Shown: positions 17,782 through 27,253 of the stretch, one piece after another | Position numbering within the stretch: the first letter of the stretch is position 1 | Layout: each line of letters begins with the position of its first letter | Assembly (NCBI GenBank): GCA_964404415.1 | Contig: CAYOKC010000001.1 | Location: 67 to 64,066 of the forward strand | DNA: 64,000 bases | Reading direction: 5' to 3' | From: an uncultured Leptolinea sp. | GTDB lineage: Bacteria; Chloroflexota; Anaerolineae; Anaerolineales; Anaerolineaceae | Translations under genes and position numbers: made by a program | Notes under the pieces: model-generated | Told to the model about the DNA's origin: nothing | The model's input: only the letters and a program-made list of their open reading frames with translations | The model's database searches: none

Positions 17782-19608
17782 TTACGGCGGGCAGATTGGG
17801 GTGAAATTCTGATCAGGCAGATCCATGCCTACCCCGCCAGGATACGACTGTGACGCCGGGTCAAAGGTACAGGTGAGGTGGGTCGGGGTGATTGTCCCGG
17901 TCCAGCCATTCGTAACGGTGACGATGTAATTCCCTGCGCCATCCGGCTGTTGCGCCACCACGGCACCGGAGGTAACGATCAACACTGTACCAACGCCGGC
18001 ATTTCCGGTGATATTGAAGGTTCCAACGGCCGACGGAGTGAAGTTTACGTCTGAGATATTGGCCACCACCAGGGCATAGCTGAGTGACGGCGGTGCGAAA
18101 GCATAACCAACCCGGATGGGGATAACGGTGCCGGACCAGTTGTATGGTATGGCGATCGAGTAATTGCCCGATCCATCCGGCTGGGTGATCTGCGCGCCGG
18201 GGTCGCCAGTAGTGGTGATGATCGTTCCAGCTCCGGCATTACCGGTGATGGTACAGGCGACAGGGATCTGGGTAAGGATAGCCGTGGGTGTGGGCTCAAG
18301 CGTGGCGGTTGGCGTCTGTGTGGGTTGCAGCAATGTGCAGGTGATCTCAGCCGTAAAGGTTAGTGTCGGTGTTTCGGTTGGAGGGACCTCCACGGTATCC
18401 GTCATCGTGGGCGGCACCGGAACCGGAGTATCGGTATTGGTGGGAACCGGTGTATCGGTGTTTGTCGGGATGACAGGTACGAGCGTGTCTGTGTTGGTTG
18501 GCACGGGCGTATCGGTATTGGTTGGCACGGGGGTATCCGTATTGGTTGGTACGGGCGTATCCGTATTCGTCGGCAAAACCACAACAGTATTGGTATTGGT
18601 AAAGGTGGCTGTCGGCGGGATGACCACCGCGGTATTGGTATTGGTAGCTGTCGGAGGGATAACCACCACGGTATTGGTGTTGGTCGCGGTAAGTACCGGC
18701 GTATTGGTGTTCGTAATGGCCGGCACGGCGGTAAAGGTTGCTGTTGATGTGAATGTGGAGGTGGGAAGCGGAGGCGCCGTCATGGTTGAGGTGGCCGGAG
18801 CGCCGGGTGTGTTAGTCAACGCGGCGCCGGTTCGGTTGACAATGAAACCGTCCAGATCGATGGTTCCATCCTGCACCACCAGGGTGATCGAATGGGTGCC
18901 ATTGGGCAGAACCGGGGAATCCCACAATTGCTGCCAGCGCAGATCCGGCGTGTTCAGGTTAACCGAAGCAACGTACACGCCGTCAATATAAACAGCCGCG
19001 TGCCCGCGCGTGTAATATGTGGGGAAAATATAGGTGACTTTCGACCCGGTGAATGTGAATGACACACTCGACCCCACAGTCGAACTGTAATGCGCCGTGT
19101 TATTGAACGGGCCGTTTCCGGTATATGAATCCCAGGTTCCATAGTATTTGATGGAACCGGTCATTGTGTTGTCACAGTACACATTGATGCCGCTGGTCAC
19201 ACAGGGCACGCCGGTGGCAGTACCCACAAAAGGAGTAACAGTACGGGTGGGGGTATAGAACTGGCGGGCAAAATACGCCGTCAGGGTGTAGTTGGGGGTT
19301 TTATACGGGAAGGGGCTGGCCGTCCAGGTGGGGAGGACATAAACCGGGCCCGGCAGTGTGGCCGTTGGAGGCAAGAGTGTCGCGGTAGGAGGCAACAGCG
19401 TTCCCGGGGTCCCCGTCCAGATACCGGGGAGTGTCTGCTGTGTTAATGCCGCCGCGGTGGATTGGGCGGGGGGGATTTTGGTGGCCGGTGGGAACGGATT
19501 CATCGAAGAATACGGATTGATGAAAATGTTCAGGAAAACCACGGCCAGGCCCAGTACACCCACCACAACGAGTGACGCAAGGATGTCCCAGAATGATAGT
19601 TTCTTCAT
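17782..19608 (-). CDS. Thr/Pro-rich surface protein (NPFPP-anchor paralog 1): beta-sandwich domain, mucin-like repeats, two C-terminal Ig-like repeats
   Basis: N-terminal WDIL-TM-NPYSSMNPFPP; SFTFTG...VYIDG...GTHSITL..IDLDGF domain; two ITGNAG..PDG.GNY...W.GT repeats. Confidence 0.75.
   Translation of the reverse strand: MKKLSFWDILASLVVVGVLGLAVVFLNIFINPYSSMNPFPPATKIPPAQSTAAALTQQTLPGIWTGTPGTLLPPTATLLPPTATLPGPVYVLPTWTASPFPYKTPNYTLTAYFARQFYTPTRTVTPFVGTATGVPCVTSGINVYCDNTMTGSIKYYGTWDSYTGNGPFNNTAHYSSTVGSSVSFTFTGSKVTYIFPTYYTRGHAAVYIDGVYVASVNLNTPDLRWQQLWDSPVLPNGTHSITLVVQDGTIDLDGFIVNRTGAALTNTPGAPATSTMTAPPLPTSTFTSTATFTAVPAITNTNTPVLTATNTNTVVVIPPTATNTNTAVVIPPTATFTNTNTVVVLPTNTDTPVPTNTDTPVPTNTDTPVPTNTDTLVPVIPTNTDTPVPTNTDTPVPVPPTMTDTVEVPPTETPTLTFTAEITCTLLQPTQTPTATLEPTPTAILTQIPVACTITGNAGAGTIITTTGDPGAQITQPDGSGNYSIAIPYNWSGTVIPIRVGYAFAPPSLSYALVVANISDVNFTPSAVGTFNITGNAGVGTVLIVTSGAVVAQQPDGAGNYIVTVTNGWTGTITPTHLTCTFDPASQSYPGGVGMDLPDQNFTPICPP
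18421..18573 (-). repeat. Coding tandem repeat, six copies of a 24-bp unit (PTNTDTPV)
   Basis: PTNTDTPV x3, PTNTDTLV, PVI, PTNTDTPV x2, with synonymous variation in the DNA. Confidence 0.9.
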
Positions 19609-19646
19609 AGTCCTCTTCCCTCGGTTTCCAACAAAAGCGTTACTTC

Positions 19647-19674
19647 ATTTTAACGGCGTTTCGGGTTTAGTCAA
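19647..19674 (-). promoter_or_regulatory. Sigma70-like promoter TTGACT-N16-TAAAAT
   Basis: Upstream of the 19608 start and downstream of a terminator. Confidence 0.55.
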
Positions 19675-19700
19675 CTGACGGGAAGGTTAAATATAGGGAT

Positions 19701-19732
19701 AAAAAAAGCCCCCTCATAATATGAGGAGGCTT
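19701..19732 (-). terminator. Rho-independent terminator
   Basis: aagcctcctcat-att-atgagggggc-ttttttt on the - strand after 19747. Confidence 0.75.
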
Positions 19733-19746
19733 CAAAACCAGGTTAT

Positions 19747-21813
19747 TTATGGGCCAACTGTTATTGTGCCGTTGACCTGTGGAGCGGCATTATAGTTGGC
19801 ATCGCCAGCCTGGTTGGCCGTAACCGAACATGTGCCTTCTATATTGTAGATAACGTTTGTACCAGAAACAGTGCAAACAGCCGGAGTTGTGGAAGCAAAT
19901 ACTACCGCCAATCCGGATGATGCAGTGGTGGGTGACAACGCTGCTGACCCCGCGAGAACGCTGCCGCTCGTAGGGCTGATGGCGCCGATTGTCTGATCCG
20001 CCTTCACCATGGTTATGGTCTGTGAAGCGCTGGTGGCAACCATGTAATTGGCGTCGGCCGCTTTGGTAGCCGTAACCGCGCATGAGCCGGTATTATCGGT
20101 TATTGTCAAGTCATCACCAGAGAGGCTGCACCCGGTGGAACCACCGATATCAAATGTTACAGCACCTGTTCCACTGCCACCTGAAGTCGTCAAAGTAGTG
20201 GTAGAGCCAAAGGCGAGGGACCCGGGATCATCAACAACCAGTGTTGTCTGCGTTGCCACAGTCATCGAAACCGCGGTTGACGCCGATGAAGCGGCGTTGT
20301 AATTATTGTCTGCCGCTTTGGTGGCAACAACGTCACAGGTGCCCGTATTATCGGTGACGGTCAATTCATTCACTGAAGCAATGGTACAACCGGTTGATCC
20401 TGTCGCGTCATACGAAAAAGCACCGGTTCCGGATCCGCCGGAGGCAGTCAATGTCACGGTGTCCTGGTATGCCACCGGGCCCGGATCGGTAAACGTGATC
20501 GCCGCCTGATTGGCTTTTGCCAGGGTTACCGCCAATGAAGCACTGGATCTCGCGTTATATGTAGCATCGGCAGCTTTTGTAGCCACAATATTGCAGGTAC
20601 CCGAAGCGTTGGTCACGGTAAGAACACCGCCAGTTGTTACCGTACAGCCGGTGGATGATCCGTCATCGTATGTTACGGCTCCTGTCCCGCTGCCACCGGT
20701 AGTCGTCAACGTAGCCGAACCTCCACCATACGTCATAATTCCTGGATCGGTAATCGTCAGTGCAGCCTGGTCAGCTTTTAACGTAGTGAAAGTTATATCT
20801 GATCCATTAATGGGACCGCCTCCCGCGTTTATCGCTGAAACCCGAAAATGGTATGTAGTGGCGGGGGTCAGACCACTCAAAACATAGGAAACCGAAGTGG
20901 ATGATGATGAAACCGGGCTTTCCGCGGCCGTTACAGTTGTTCCATACGATGTTGTCGTACCATAATTAAAAGTTACCGTGGTGGAATACCCGTTGGCGCT
21001 TACTGTTCCACGCAAAGTGGCACCGGTTGAAGTCACACCTGTCGCGGCATTGGTTACCGCCGAGGGGGCGCCGAAACCGGTGTAACCGAAACGGGCGGGA
21101 CCAGCCCAGGCGGATTGGTTTCCTGCTTCATCATAAGCCCGCACATAGAAGTAATAAATTCCGGGTGTAGTTAATGTCGGAGAGACAAAGGTTGTTGCGG
21201 TACCCTTATACATTGTATTATTGCCGCCGCTATCCAACCCCCAGGTGACATGGTATCCCGCGAGACCGCTGCCGCCCGTATCGCTAGATGCCGCCCAGGA
21301 AAAAACAGGATTTGGATCGGAAGCCAGGGAGGTGCTATAAGGATTACCCGGTGTTGTTGGCGGGATCTTATCGCCTGACGCGCCTTCCTGAGTCTTTGTG
21401 GCGGTCATTGTCGCGGTTTTTAAATAATAAACGGTCAGCGTTTTATTGGGTGTTTTGCTAAAGGTTTTTGTGAAAGTAGGTGTGTTCGGAGGCGTAGGTG
21501 TGACCGTTTTCGTCGGAAGCACAAAAACCGTCCCCGTTATGGTTCCGGTAACGGTAGGACCGCCGGCTGTAACGGATGGCGTACCCATCATATCGAATGT
21601 TTCCTGAATGCCCGGGGTTGTTGTCCAAAGATCCGGCAACACCCGCAAAGAGGGCGTCAGGGTGGGGACATCCAGCGTGGCAATCGGCGTGGGTGGCGGA
21701 AAAGGATTAATAAATGAATACGGGTTTATGAAAATGTTGATGAAAATGGTTGCCAGTGCCAGACCTGCCAGCATGACCATAGAAGCCAAAATGTCCCAGA
21801 ACGATAGTTTCAT
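19747..21813 (-). CDS. Thr-rich surface protein (NPFPP-anchor paralog 2): FN3-like domains plus four ~86-aa Cys-paired Ig-like repeats
   Basis: N-terminal WDIL-TM-NPYSFINPFPP; FSWAASSD.GGSGLAGY..YFYVRAYD; LSGLTPATTYHFRV; repeated GGSGTGA..STGC..GTC...TKAAD.NY. Confidence 0.8.
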   Translation of the reverse strand: MKLSFWDILASMVMLAGLALATIFINIFINPYSFINPFPPPTPIATLDVPTLTPSLRVLPDLWTTTPGIQETFDMMGTPSVTAGGPTVTGTITGTVFVLPTKTVTPTPPNTPTFTKTFSKTPNKTLTVYYLKTATMTATKTQEGASGDKIPPTTPGNPYSTSLASDPNPVFSWAASSDTGGSGLAGYHVTWGLDSGGNNTMYKGTATTFVSPTLTTPGIYYFYVRAYDEAGNQSAWAGPARFGYTGFGAPSAVTNAATGVTSTGATLRGTVSANGYSTTVTFNYGTTTSYGTTVTAAESPVSSSSTSVSYVLSGLTPATTYHFRVSAINAGGGPINGSDITFTTLKADQAALTITDPGIMTYGGGSATLTTTGGSGTGAVTYDDGSSTGCTVTTGGVLTVTNASGTCNIVATKAADATYNARSSASLAVTLAKANQAAITFTDPGPVAYQDTVTLTASGGSGTGAFSYDATGSTGCTIASVNELTVTDNTGTCDVVATKAADNNYNAASSASTAVSMTVATQTTLVVDDPGSLAFGSTTTLTTSGGSGTGAVTFDIGGSTGCSLSGDDLTITDNTGSCAVTATKAADANYMVATSASQTITMVKADQTIGAISPTSGSVLAGSAALSPTTASSGLAVVFASTTPAVCTVSGTNVIYNIEGTCSVTANQAGDANYNAAPQVNGTITVGP

Positions 21814-21854
21814 CGCTTTCCATCCTTTTAATAGCTGATCGAACTGTATTTTTC

Positions 21855-21882
21855 AGTATAGTCCGGATTAAACCAGAGTCAA
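21855..21882 (-). promoter_or_regulatory. Sigma70-like promoter TTGACT-N16-TATACT
   Basis: Near-consensus hexamers upstream of the 21813 start. Confidence 0.6.
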
Positions 21883-22021
21883 GCTGACTACCGGATAGAC
21901 GTTCTATTATCCCACAGCCGGGCGGCAAGCCCGAATGTGACTTAATGGAATGCCGGTATTTTTTGTGCAAGAATCGAGCCGGAACAATGAAGAAATCCGG
22001 GGATTCTTCTTTGACGAAGCG

Positions 22022-23044
22022 TTAATTGGAACGGGTATACGCTACCGGACCGATCCACTTCGAAAAATTTCCCACCGCGTCATACGCCCGAATACAGAAA
22101 TACTGTGTGGTTCCAGGTTCAACCGGCGTAACCGGGGTCCAATGGGTATCGGCTGTAAAAGCCACGGCTTTCCCGCATTTTTTCTCAAGCCCCTGATAAA
22201 TGGAGTAGCCCGCGTAACCCCCGCTCATACCTGAATTGGCATCGGTTGATTCAACCCATTCAAAATACGGGTAGGCAGTATCACCCTCGCTGATAGTCGC
22301 GAAACCTTCAGGTTCAGCGGGCGGTGTGTTATCGAATTTAAAAAGGAAGTAAGCTGGTTTTCCCAGTATCTTCCCGCTCTTTCCCACTGCCACCAGACGC
22401 AGGTAATAGATACCGCTCTTTACAGCCTTCCAGCTGTAATTCATTTTCGTCGTGCGGATCGTCAATTTGCCATTCTGCTTGGTTCCGAAATACAACTGAA
22501 AATGGTCAATATCCTGAACCGAACCGGAATACGTCCATGAAAATATCGGGATACCCTGAATATTCTGCCAGGTATTATCAAACACACCAACCGGCGCGAT
22601 GACGGTCAATTTTTGGTCTTCTTCTTCTGCAGGTGAAACCGCGTCAAGAGGGCTTTTGGTAGGCAAAATCACGCCGTAATTCCTCTGCACAGGTGACTGG
22701 CCGCTAGCGGACGAACCGGACCGTGGTGTGGTGATGAGCACCGGTGTATTGGTAGGGATACCCGGGGAGACTTCCTCTACTATGTCCAAACCCTCTATCG
22801 ATTCATTCTTATCATCCGCTTCGATACCGGCATCCTCATCTTCCGGAAGGGGCGTCCAGATCTCCGGCAAAACCACTTGGGTTGAAGTACTCTCCGCCTC
22901 AAATGTGATGGCCGCTTGAGTACGCGGCGGGAACGGATTGAAGTGACTGGCCGGGTCACGGTAAATAATGAAAAATGCCGCCGACATGACCAGCCATGCC
23001 GCGAAGAGAATGGTCGATAGGATATCCCAGAGTGATACTTTCAC
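22022..23044 (-). CDS. Surface protein (NPFPP-anchor paralog 3) with FN3-like domains
   Basis: N-terminal WDIL-TM-DPASHFNPFPP; C-terminal D.TPP..P...YFCIRAYDAVGN similar to paralog 2. Confidence 0.75.
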   Translation of the reverse strand: MKVSLWDILSTILFAAWLVMSAAFFIIYRDPASHFNPFPPRTQAAITFEAESTSTQVVLPEIWTPLPEDEDAGIEADDKNESIEGLDIVEEVSPGIPTNTPVLITTPRSGSSASGQSPVQRNYGVILPTKSPLDAVSPAEEEDQKLTVIAPVGVFDNTWQNIQGIPIFSWTYSGSVQDIDHFQLYFGTKQNGKLTIRTTKMNYSWKAVKSGIYYLRLVAVGKSGKILGKPAYFLFKFDNTPPAEPEGFATISEGDTAYPYFEWVESTDANSGMSGGYAGYSIYQGLEKKCGKAVAFTADTHWTPVTPVEPGTTQYFCIRAYDAVGNFSKWIGPVAYTRSN

Positions 23045-23067
23045 AGTTGACTCAAATATTGCAATAA

Positions 23068-25431
23068 GTGTACCCGTCTACTTTTAATCAATACTTGCAA
23101 TTGTTTGAACCGTTATATAATCAGCACGTGGTGACTGATACTCCTGAATCCTACGCAGAGGGGGATACCCGACCGGAATCCGCTGAGACCAGACAGAATC
23201 TCCGGGTTGAAGCGACGGTTGAATTACCGCCAGGCGCGGAAGTACAACTGACAATAACATATAAACCGGGGGAAAAAGAACCTGCCAGATCACAGGTGGT
23301 CAACCTCACCGGCGGGCTTGAAACATCAGTAAAGCACCTTCGGTTTGATCTGAAAAAACTATCCAATCCCGGCCGGTTCTCCAGTCTGATGGAACGGCTT
23401 AAATCCAGCAAAGTCGGCTCGCGATTAACGGCTCAATCTACCGCGGTCATCCTTATCTGCGCGCTGATTGTGTATTACCTGGTCCGGCTCATCCGGCTGA
23501 CAGACTTCCCGATTTTCTTTTTCACCGATGAAGCCGTACACAGTATGCATGCGTATGATCTGGTGAGGTTAAGGTTTACCGCCACGGGGGGAGAATTTCT
23601 GCCCACCTTCTTTAAAAATGGAAGCATGTACAACCTCGGGACGTCGGTATACCTGCAATTACTTCCCGCCCTGATGGGAATTCGATCCGCGTTTATCACC
23701 CGATTTATTTCCACTACAATAACCCTTCTTGCGGCCCTGGGGCTGGGGCTTTCATACGGTGTGATCAAAAATAACCGGCGCGGCTGGCTCGCCATCCTGG
23801 TGTTATCCATGATACCGGCATGGTTCTACCACTCACGCACCGCCTTTGAAACAGTGGAAGCTGTTTCTTTTTATACGGTTTTCCTCTACGGTTACCTTCG
23901 TTACCGCAATGGCAGCACCCGGTGGATCTACGCCTCTGTGATCGCCGCCGCGCTGGCGTTTTACTGTTACAGCCCGGCCCGGGTGGTGATGGCCGCCATT
24001 ACCGTGGCATTGCTGGTGTCAGATTTCAAATACCATTGGGACAACCGCAAGGCGCTCTGGCTTCCAATCTTGATTGGAATTGTTCTGTGTGTTCCCTACT
24101 TCCGGTTCCTCATTTTACATCCCGGCGAGAATGAACATCATCTGGCAATGCTGGATAGCTACTGGATCAAACCGGTACCCATCTACGAGAAGTTATTAAC
24201 CTTTCTGGGCACCTACTTACAGGGTGTAAATCCAGCGTACTGGTTTTTGCTTTACCCGGCGGACCTGTCGCGCCATATCATGAAGGGGATGGGGCATCTG
24301 GGCTGGTTCTTCTTCCCGTTCTTTGCCGGTGGTTTATACCTGGGTATCCGCAGATGGAAGGATTCAAATTACCGCCTGATGCTTCTCGCGTTGCTGACGG
24401 CTCCTGCCGGCGCGGCTGTGGCGGATATTGGCATTACCCGCGCGTTATTCATGGTCATTCCGGCGGCTTTTTTCATTACACTGGGAATTGATTTCTCAAT
24501 GGACTGGATCAACAAACGCCTCCCTGCCGTAAGATATGTTGATGCCATTTTCTTCCTTCTGATGATCGGCGGAAATTTCGCGGTTCTGGATATATCGCTA
24601 ACCTCCGGGCCTACCTGGTTTTCTGATTACGGCATGGGAGGGTTGCAATACGGCAGTCAGCAGGTTTTTGGAAAGATCAAAGAAATAAAAACCCTGAATC
24701 CCGGCGCACATATTAATCTGTCACCGGATTGGGCCAATGGCACGGATGTGCTTGCGCGCTTCTTCCTGGGCGATCCGGTCCCCATTGAAATGTCCGGAAT
24801 GGACGCGTTCACCCAATTCATGAAACCAATCCCCGAGGATACCATTTTTGCCCTGTCTCCTGAAGATATGGGGAATGTGGTAACCAGCGGGAAATTCGAA
24901 CCGATGAAGGTTTTGGACGTCATCTACTACCCCGATAAAACCCCCGGATTTATCTTCGCGAAATTAAAATACAGCGAAACAGCCAGAGCGGCCTTCGAGA
25001 ATGAACGTGCCTCACGAAAGTTCATGGTCCCCGATTCGGTTAAAATCAATGGAATAACCACTGAAGCGGCTTCATCCCGGTTGGATATGGGCCGCTTACA
25101 ACTGGCTTTTGACAACGATTTGGCATCCGTAATCCGCTCGGAAGAAGCCAACCCGCTTGTGGTGGAAGTCAAACTGGAGCAGCCCATTTCGCTCAAGAGA
25201 GTATCAGCCACTGTCGGAGGAGGCGCGACGGAATTCAGTGTCTACGCGCAATCAGAGGATGGCACTTCTGTTTATTCTTCCAGTATCGGTGTCTCGGAAA
25301 GCCCCCAGATTCGTACGGTTCAAATTCCAGTTAAATTAGACCAGAAGGTCTCCCGTCTGCGTTTTGAAGTCCGCACTATTCGTGATGGTGAACCATCCCA
25401 CGTGCACCTGTGGGATATCAAATTGGAGTGA
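23068..25431 (+). CDS. Polytopic GT-C fold glycosyltransferase (PMT/ArnT-like, GT39/GT83) with C-terminal extracellular domain
   Basis: FFTDEAVH acidic motif after the first TM, many TM helices, SRTAFE, Y.YSPAR; start may be GTG near 23128. Confidence 0.75.
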   Translation: MYPSTFNQYLQLFEPLYNQHVVTDTPESYAEGDTRPESAETRQNLRVEATVELPPGAEVQLTITYKPGEKEPARSQVVNLTGGLETSVKHLRFDLKKLSNPGRFSSLMERLKSSKVGSRLTAQSTAVILICALIVYYLVRLIRLTDFPIFFFTDEAVHSMHAYDLVRLRFTATGGEFLPTFFKNGSMYNLGTSVYLQLLPALMGIRSAFITRFISTTITLLAALGLGLSYGVIKNNRRGWLAILVLSMIPAWFYHSRTAFETVEAVSFYTVFLYGYLRYRNGSTRWIYASVIAAALAFYCYSPARVVMAAITVALLVSDFKYHWDNRKALWLPILIGIVLCVPYFRFLILHPGENEHHLAMLDSYWIKPVPIYEKLLTFLGTYLQGVNPAYWFLLYPADLSRHIMKGMGHLGWFFFPFFAGGLYLGIRRWKDSNYRLMLLALLTAPAGAAVADIGITRALFMVIPAAFFITLGIDFSMDWINKRLPAVRYVDAIFFLLMIGGNFAVLDISLTSGPTWFSDYGMGGLQYGSQQVFGKIKEIKTLNPGAHINLSPDWANGTDVLARFFLGDPVPIEMSGMDAFTQFMKPIPEDTIFALSPEDMGNVVTSGKFEPMKVLDVIYYPDKTPGFIFAKLKYSETARAAFENERASRKFMVPDSVKINGITTEAASSRLDMGRLQLAFDNDLASVIRSEEANPLVVEVKLEQPISLKRVSATVGGGATEFSVYAQSEDGTSVYSSSIGVSESPQIRTVQIPVKLDQKVSRLRFEVRTIRDGEPSHVHLWDIKLE

Positions 25432-25862
25432 TTGTCATTTCCAGATCAGCATTACTCCCTCTCCCCCGGAGATTGTATATCCTGTCTGCCTGTTTATTTA
25501 TGGCCTCCGTTACCGGATGGCTTCGTTTATCTTTAACCATGGCCAACTGGGGTGACTATGCCGCCCAGGGAGTCTACCCCGGGGTATGGTACCTGGCATT
25601 AAACGGCGCGCTCTCCGGTTTGGTGTATACTCTCTCCGGAATTACTGCCCTCCTTCCTGCAGAAAAATGGAAGGAAATTACACTCGGATTTATCGCTGGC
25701 GGTCTGATTCTTCATTGGATTGACCGTATCTGTTTTGCCCGTTCACTTGAAGCCCAATCATCGCTGCCGTTTTCACTTGTATTCGCCACATTGTTGACGA
25801 TGGCCGCAATTTGCCTGCTTTATCTGGACACGATCAGAAGCTTTAAATCAAATGGAAAATAG
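25410..25862 (+). CDS. Hypothetical 4-TM membrane protein
   Basis: Hydrophobic ORF filling the gap between the GT and CYTH genes. Confidence 0.6.
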   Translation: MGYQIGVIVISRSALLPLPRRLYILSACLFMASVTGWLRLSLTMANWGDYAAQGVYPGVWYLALNGALSGLVYTLSGITALLPAEKWKEITLGFIAGGLILHWIDRICFARSLEAQSSLPFSLVFATLLTMAAICLLYLDTIRSFKSNGK

Positions 25863-26478
25863 GATGACAGAAAACGAAATCGAAGTCAAATTCCTTGTCA
25901 AAGACCTTCCCCGGTTGGAACTGCGTATTCAGGCGCTGGGCGGAAAGCTTGTGCAACCGCGGGTAAAAGAAACCAACCTGCGTTTTGACTTTCCATCAGG
26001 CGACCTTTCCCGCGACCATCGGGTTCTACGGTTGCGGCAAGACCAGGTAGCCCGCTTGACATACAAAGATCCCGCCCAGGTCAACCATCCGGTGAGCGTG
26101 AGGCGGGAAATTGAAGTGGAAGTCAGCAGTTTTGACGATACCCGCGTCCTGCTGGAAGCCCTGGGTTACCAGGTATTCATGCTTTACGAGAAATACCGCA
26201 CAACCTATTCCTTCGCGGATACCCTGGTCACACTCGACGAATTACCGTACGGCCATTTCTCCGAAATTGAAGGGCCTAATGCTGAACGCCTTCAGGAAGT
26301 GGCAGAAACCTTATGGCTCGATTGGGCATTGCGGTCCAACGAAAGCTACTCATCCCTGTTTAACCGGGTTAAAACCAATTGCGGTTGGACGATGGACAAC
26401 CTATCGTTCGACGATTTCGCCGGAAAAACAGTCACCCCGGCCGATCTTGGTTTAAAATTTGCCGACCGCACCACGTGA
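25852..26478 (+). CDS. CYTH domain / class IV adenylate cyclase family
   Basis: EIEVK, LRLR, LTYK, REIEVEV, YEKYR, LDELPYG.F.EIEG. Confidence 0.9.
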   Translation: MENRMTENEIEVKFLVKDLPRLELRIQALGGKLVQPRVKETNLRFDFPSGDLSRDHRVLRLRQDQVARLTYKDPAQVNHPVSVRREIEVEVSSFDDTRVLLEALGYQVFMLYEKYRTTYSFADTLVTLDELPYGHFSEIEGPNAERLQEVAETLWLDWALRSNESYSSLFNRVKTNCGWTMDNLSFDDFAGKTVTPADLGLKFADRTT

Positions 26479-26484
26479 TACGGT

Positions 26485-27216
26485 TTAGCGTTTGCCCACC
26501 GTAGCCGCGTATACAACCAGCTCATCAACGCCGTCCAACCCCAGGGCGGCGTTTGTCATGTCATCATCATAAGCGGCAATGCCGCAAACCCCGCAGCCGA
26601 TGGATTCAGCCGCCAGGTACAGATTCTGGCAGACATGGCCGGCATCCAAAAGAACATACCGCGCGGCGCGTTCTGAATACCGCCAGGACATACGCTCCAA
26701 CACCGCCACCCAGAAGAAAGTTACCGCGCTGGTTCTCACATGGCTTTGTGATTTACAGGCGGTGGTGACCGTCTCATTGATGTTGACTTCCATGTTTACC
26801 GCGTACACACAGTGCTTGAGCGCGGAATACCGGTATACACCGGGGTTGAGCGATTCCACCCGGTTGATCAGCAGGTAGGTCTCGAACGCGTGCCGCGATC
26901 CAGCGGAGGGGACTGTCCGCAACGTGGCAGGCCGGTCGGTGACAGATTTTACGCCCTGAGTGATCCACAACAGATAGGATAGCTCATTGAGAGTGATTTC
27001 CTGCTGGGTATATTTGCGCAGTGTGGTCCGGGTTTCCATGGCGGTACGCACGTCCATGGGAGGGATGGTAATGGAAGATGGTACCGGCAAAGGTATGACA
27101 GTTACGTCACCCGGTACAGGTTGTTCCAGCGCAGGTTGCGGTACACCGGAGTGCTGCGCGGGGGGTGTTAGATGAGCATATTTCGTTTTTTCGAAAAGAT
27201 CTATACCAGGTGCCAT
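26485..27216 (-). CDS. SagB/ThcOx-family nitroreductase-like dehydrogenase
   Basis: RTVPSAGSRH..ETY, GVYRY, DAGHVCQNLYLAAE; ATG 27216 after GGAGGA. Confidence 0.88.
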   Translation of the reverse strand: MAPGIDLFEKTKYAHLTPPAQHSGVPQPALEQPVPGDVTVIPLPVPSSITIPPMDVRTAMETRTTLRKYTQQEITLNELSYLLWITQGVKSVTDRPATLRTVPSAGSRHAFETYLLINRVESLNPGVYRYSALKHCVYAVNMEVNINETVTTACKSQSHVRTSAVTFFWVAVLERMSWRYSERAARYVLLDAGHVCQNLYLAAESIGCGVCGIAAYDDDMTNAALGLDGVDELVVYAATVGKR

Positions 27217-27253
27217 AATTTTATCCTCCCGATTAACAATAATTATAGAAAAA

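Noticed and set aside
18421-18573. Possible CRISPR array
   Set aside because: Contiguous in-frame 24-bp units with no unique spacers and no cas genes
18164-18991. 275-aa Val/Gly-rich + strand ORF
   Set aside because: Antisense shadow of Thr/Pro repeat codons in the 17782-19608 gene
21900-21945. Structured RNA or c-di-GMP riboswitch upstream of paralog 2
   Set aside because: Only a short cgggc-ggcaa-gcccg hairpin lying upstream of the predicted promoter; the two-stem consensus is not evident
26485-27216. SagB-type gene as part of a TOMM/RiPP cluster
   Set aside because: No YcaO cyclodehydratase, precursor peptide or transporter adjacent; stand-alone SagB-like nitroreductases are common
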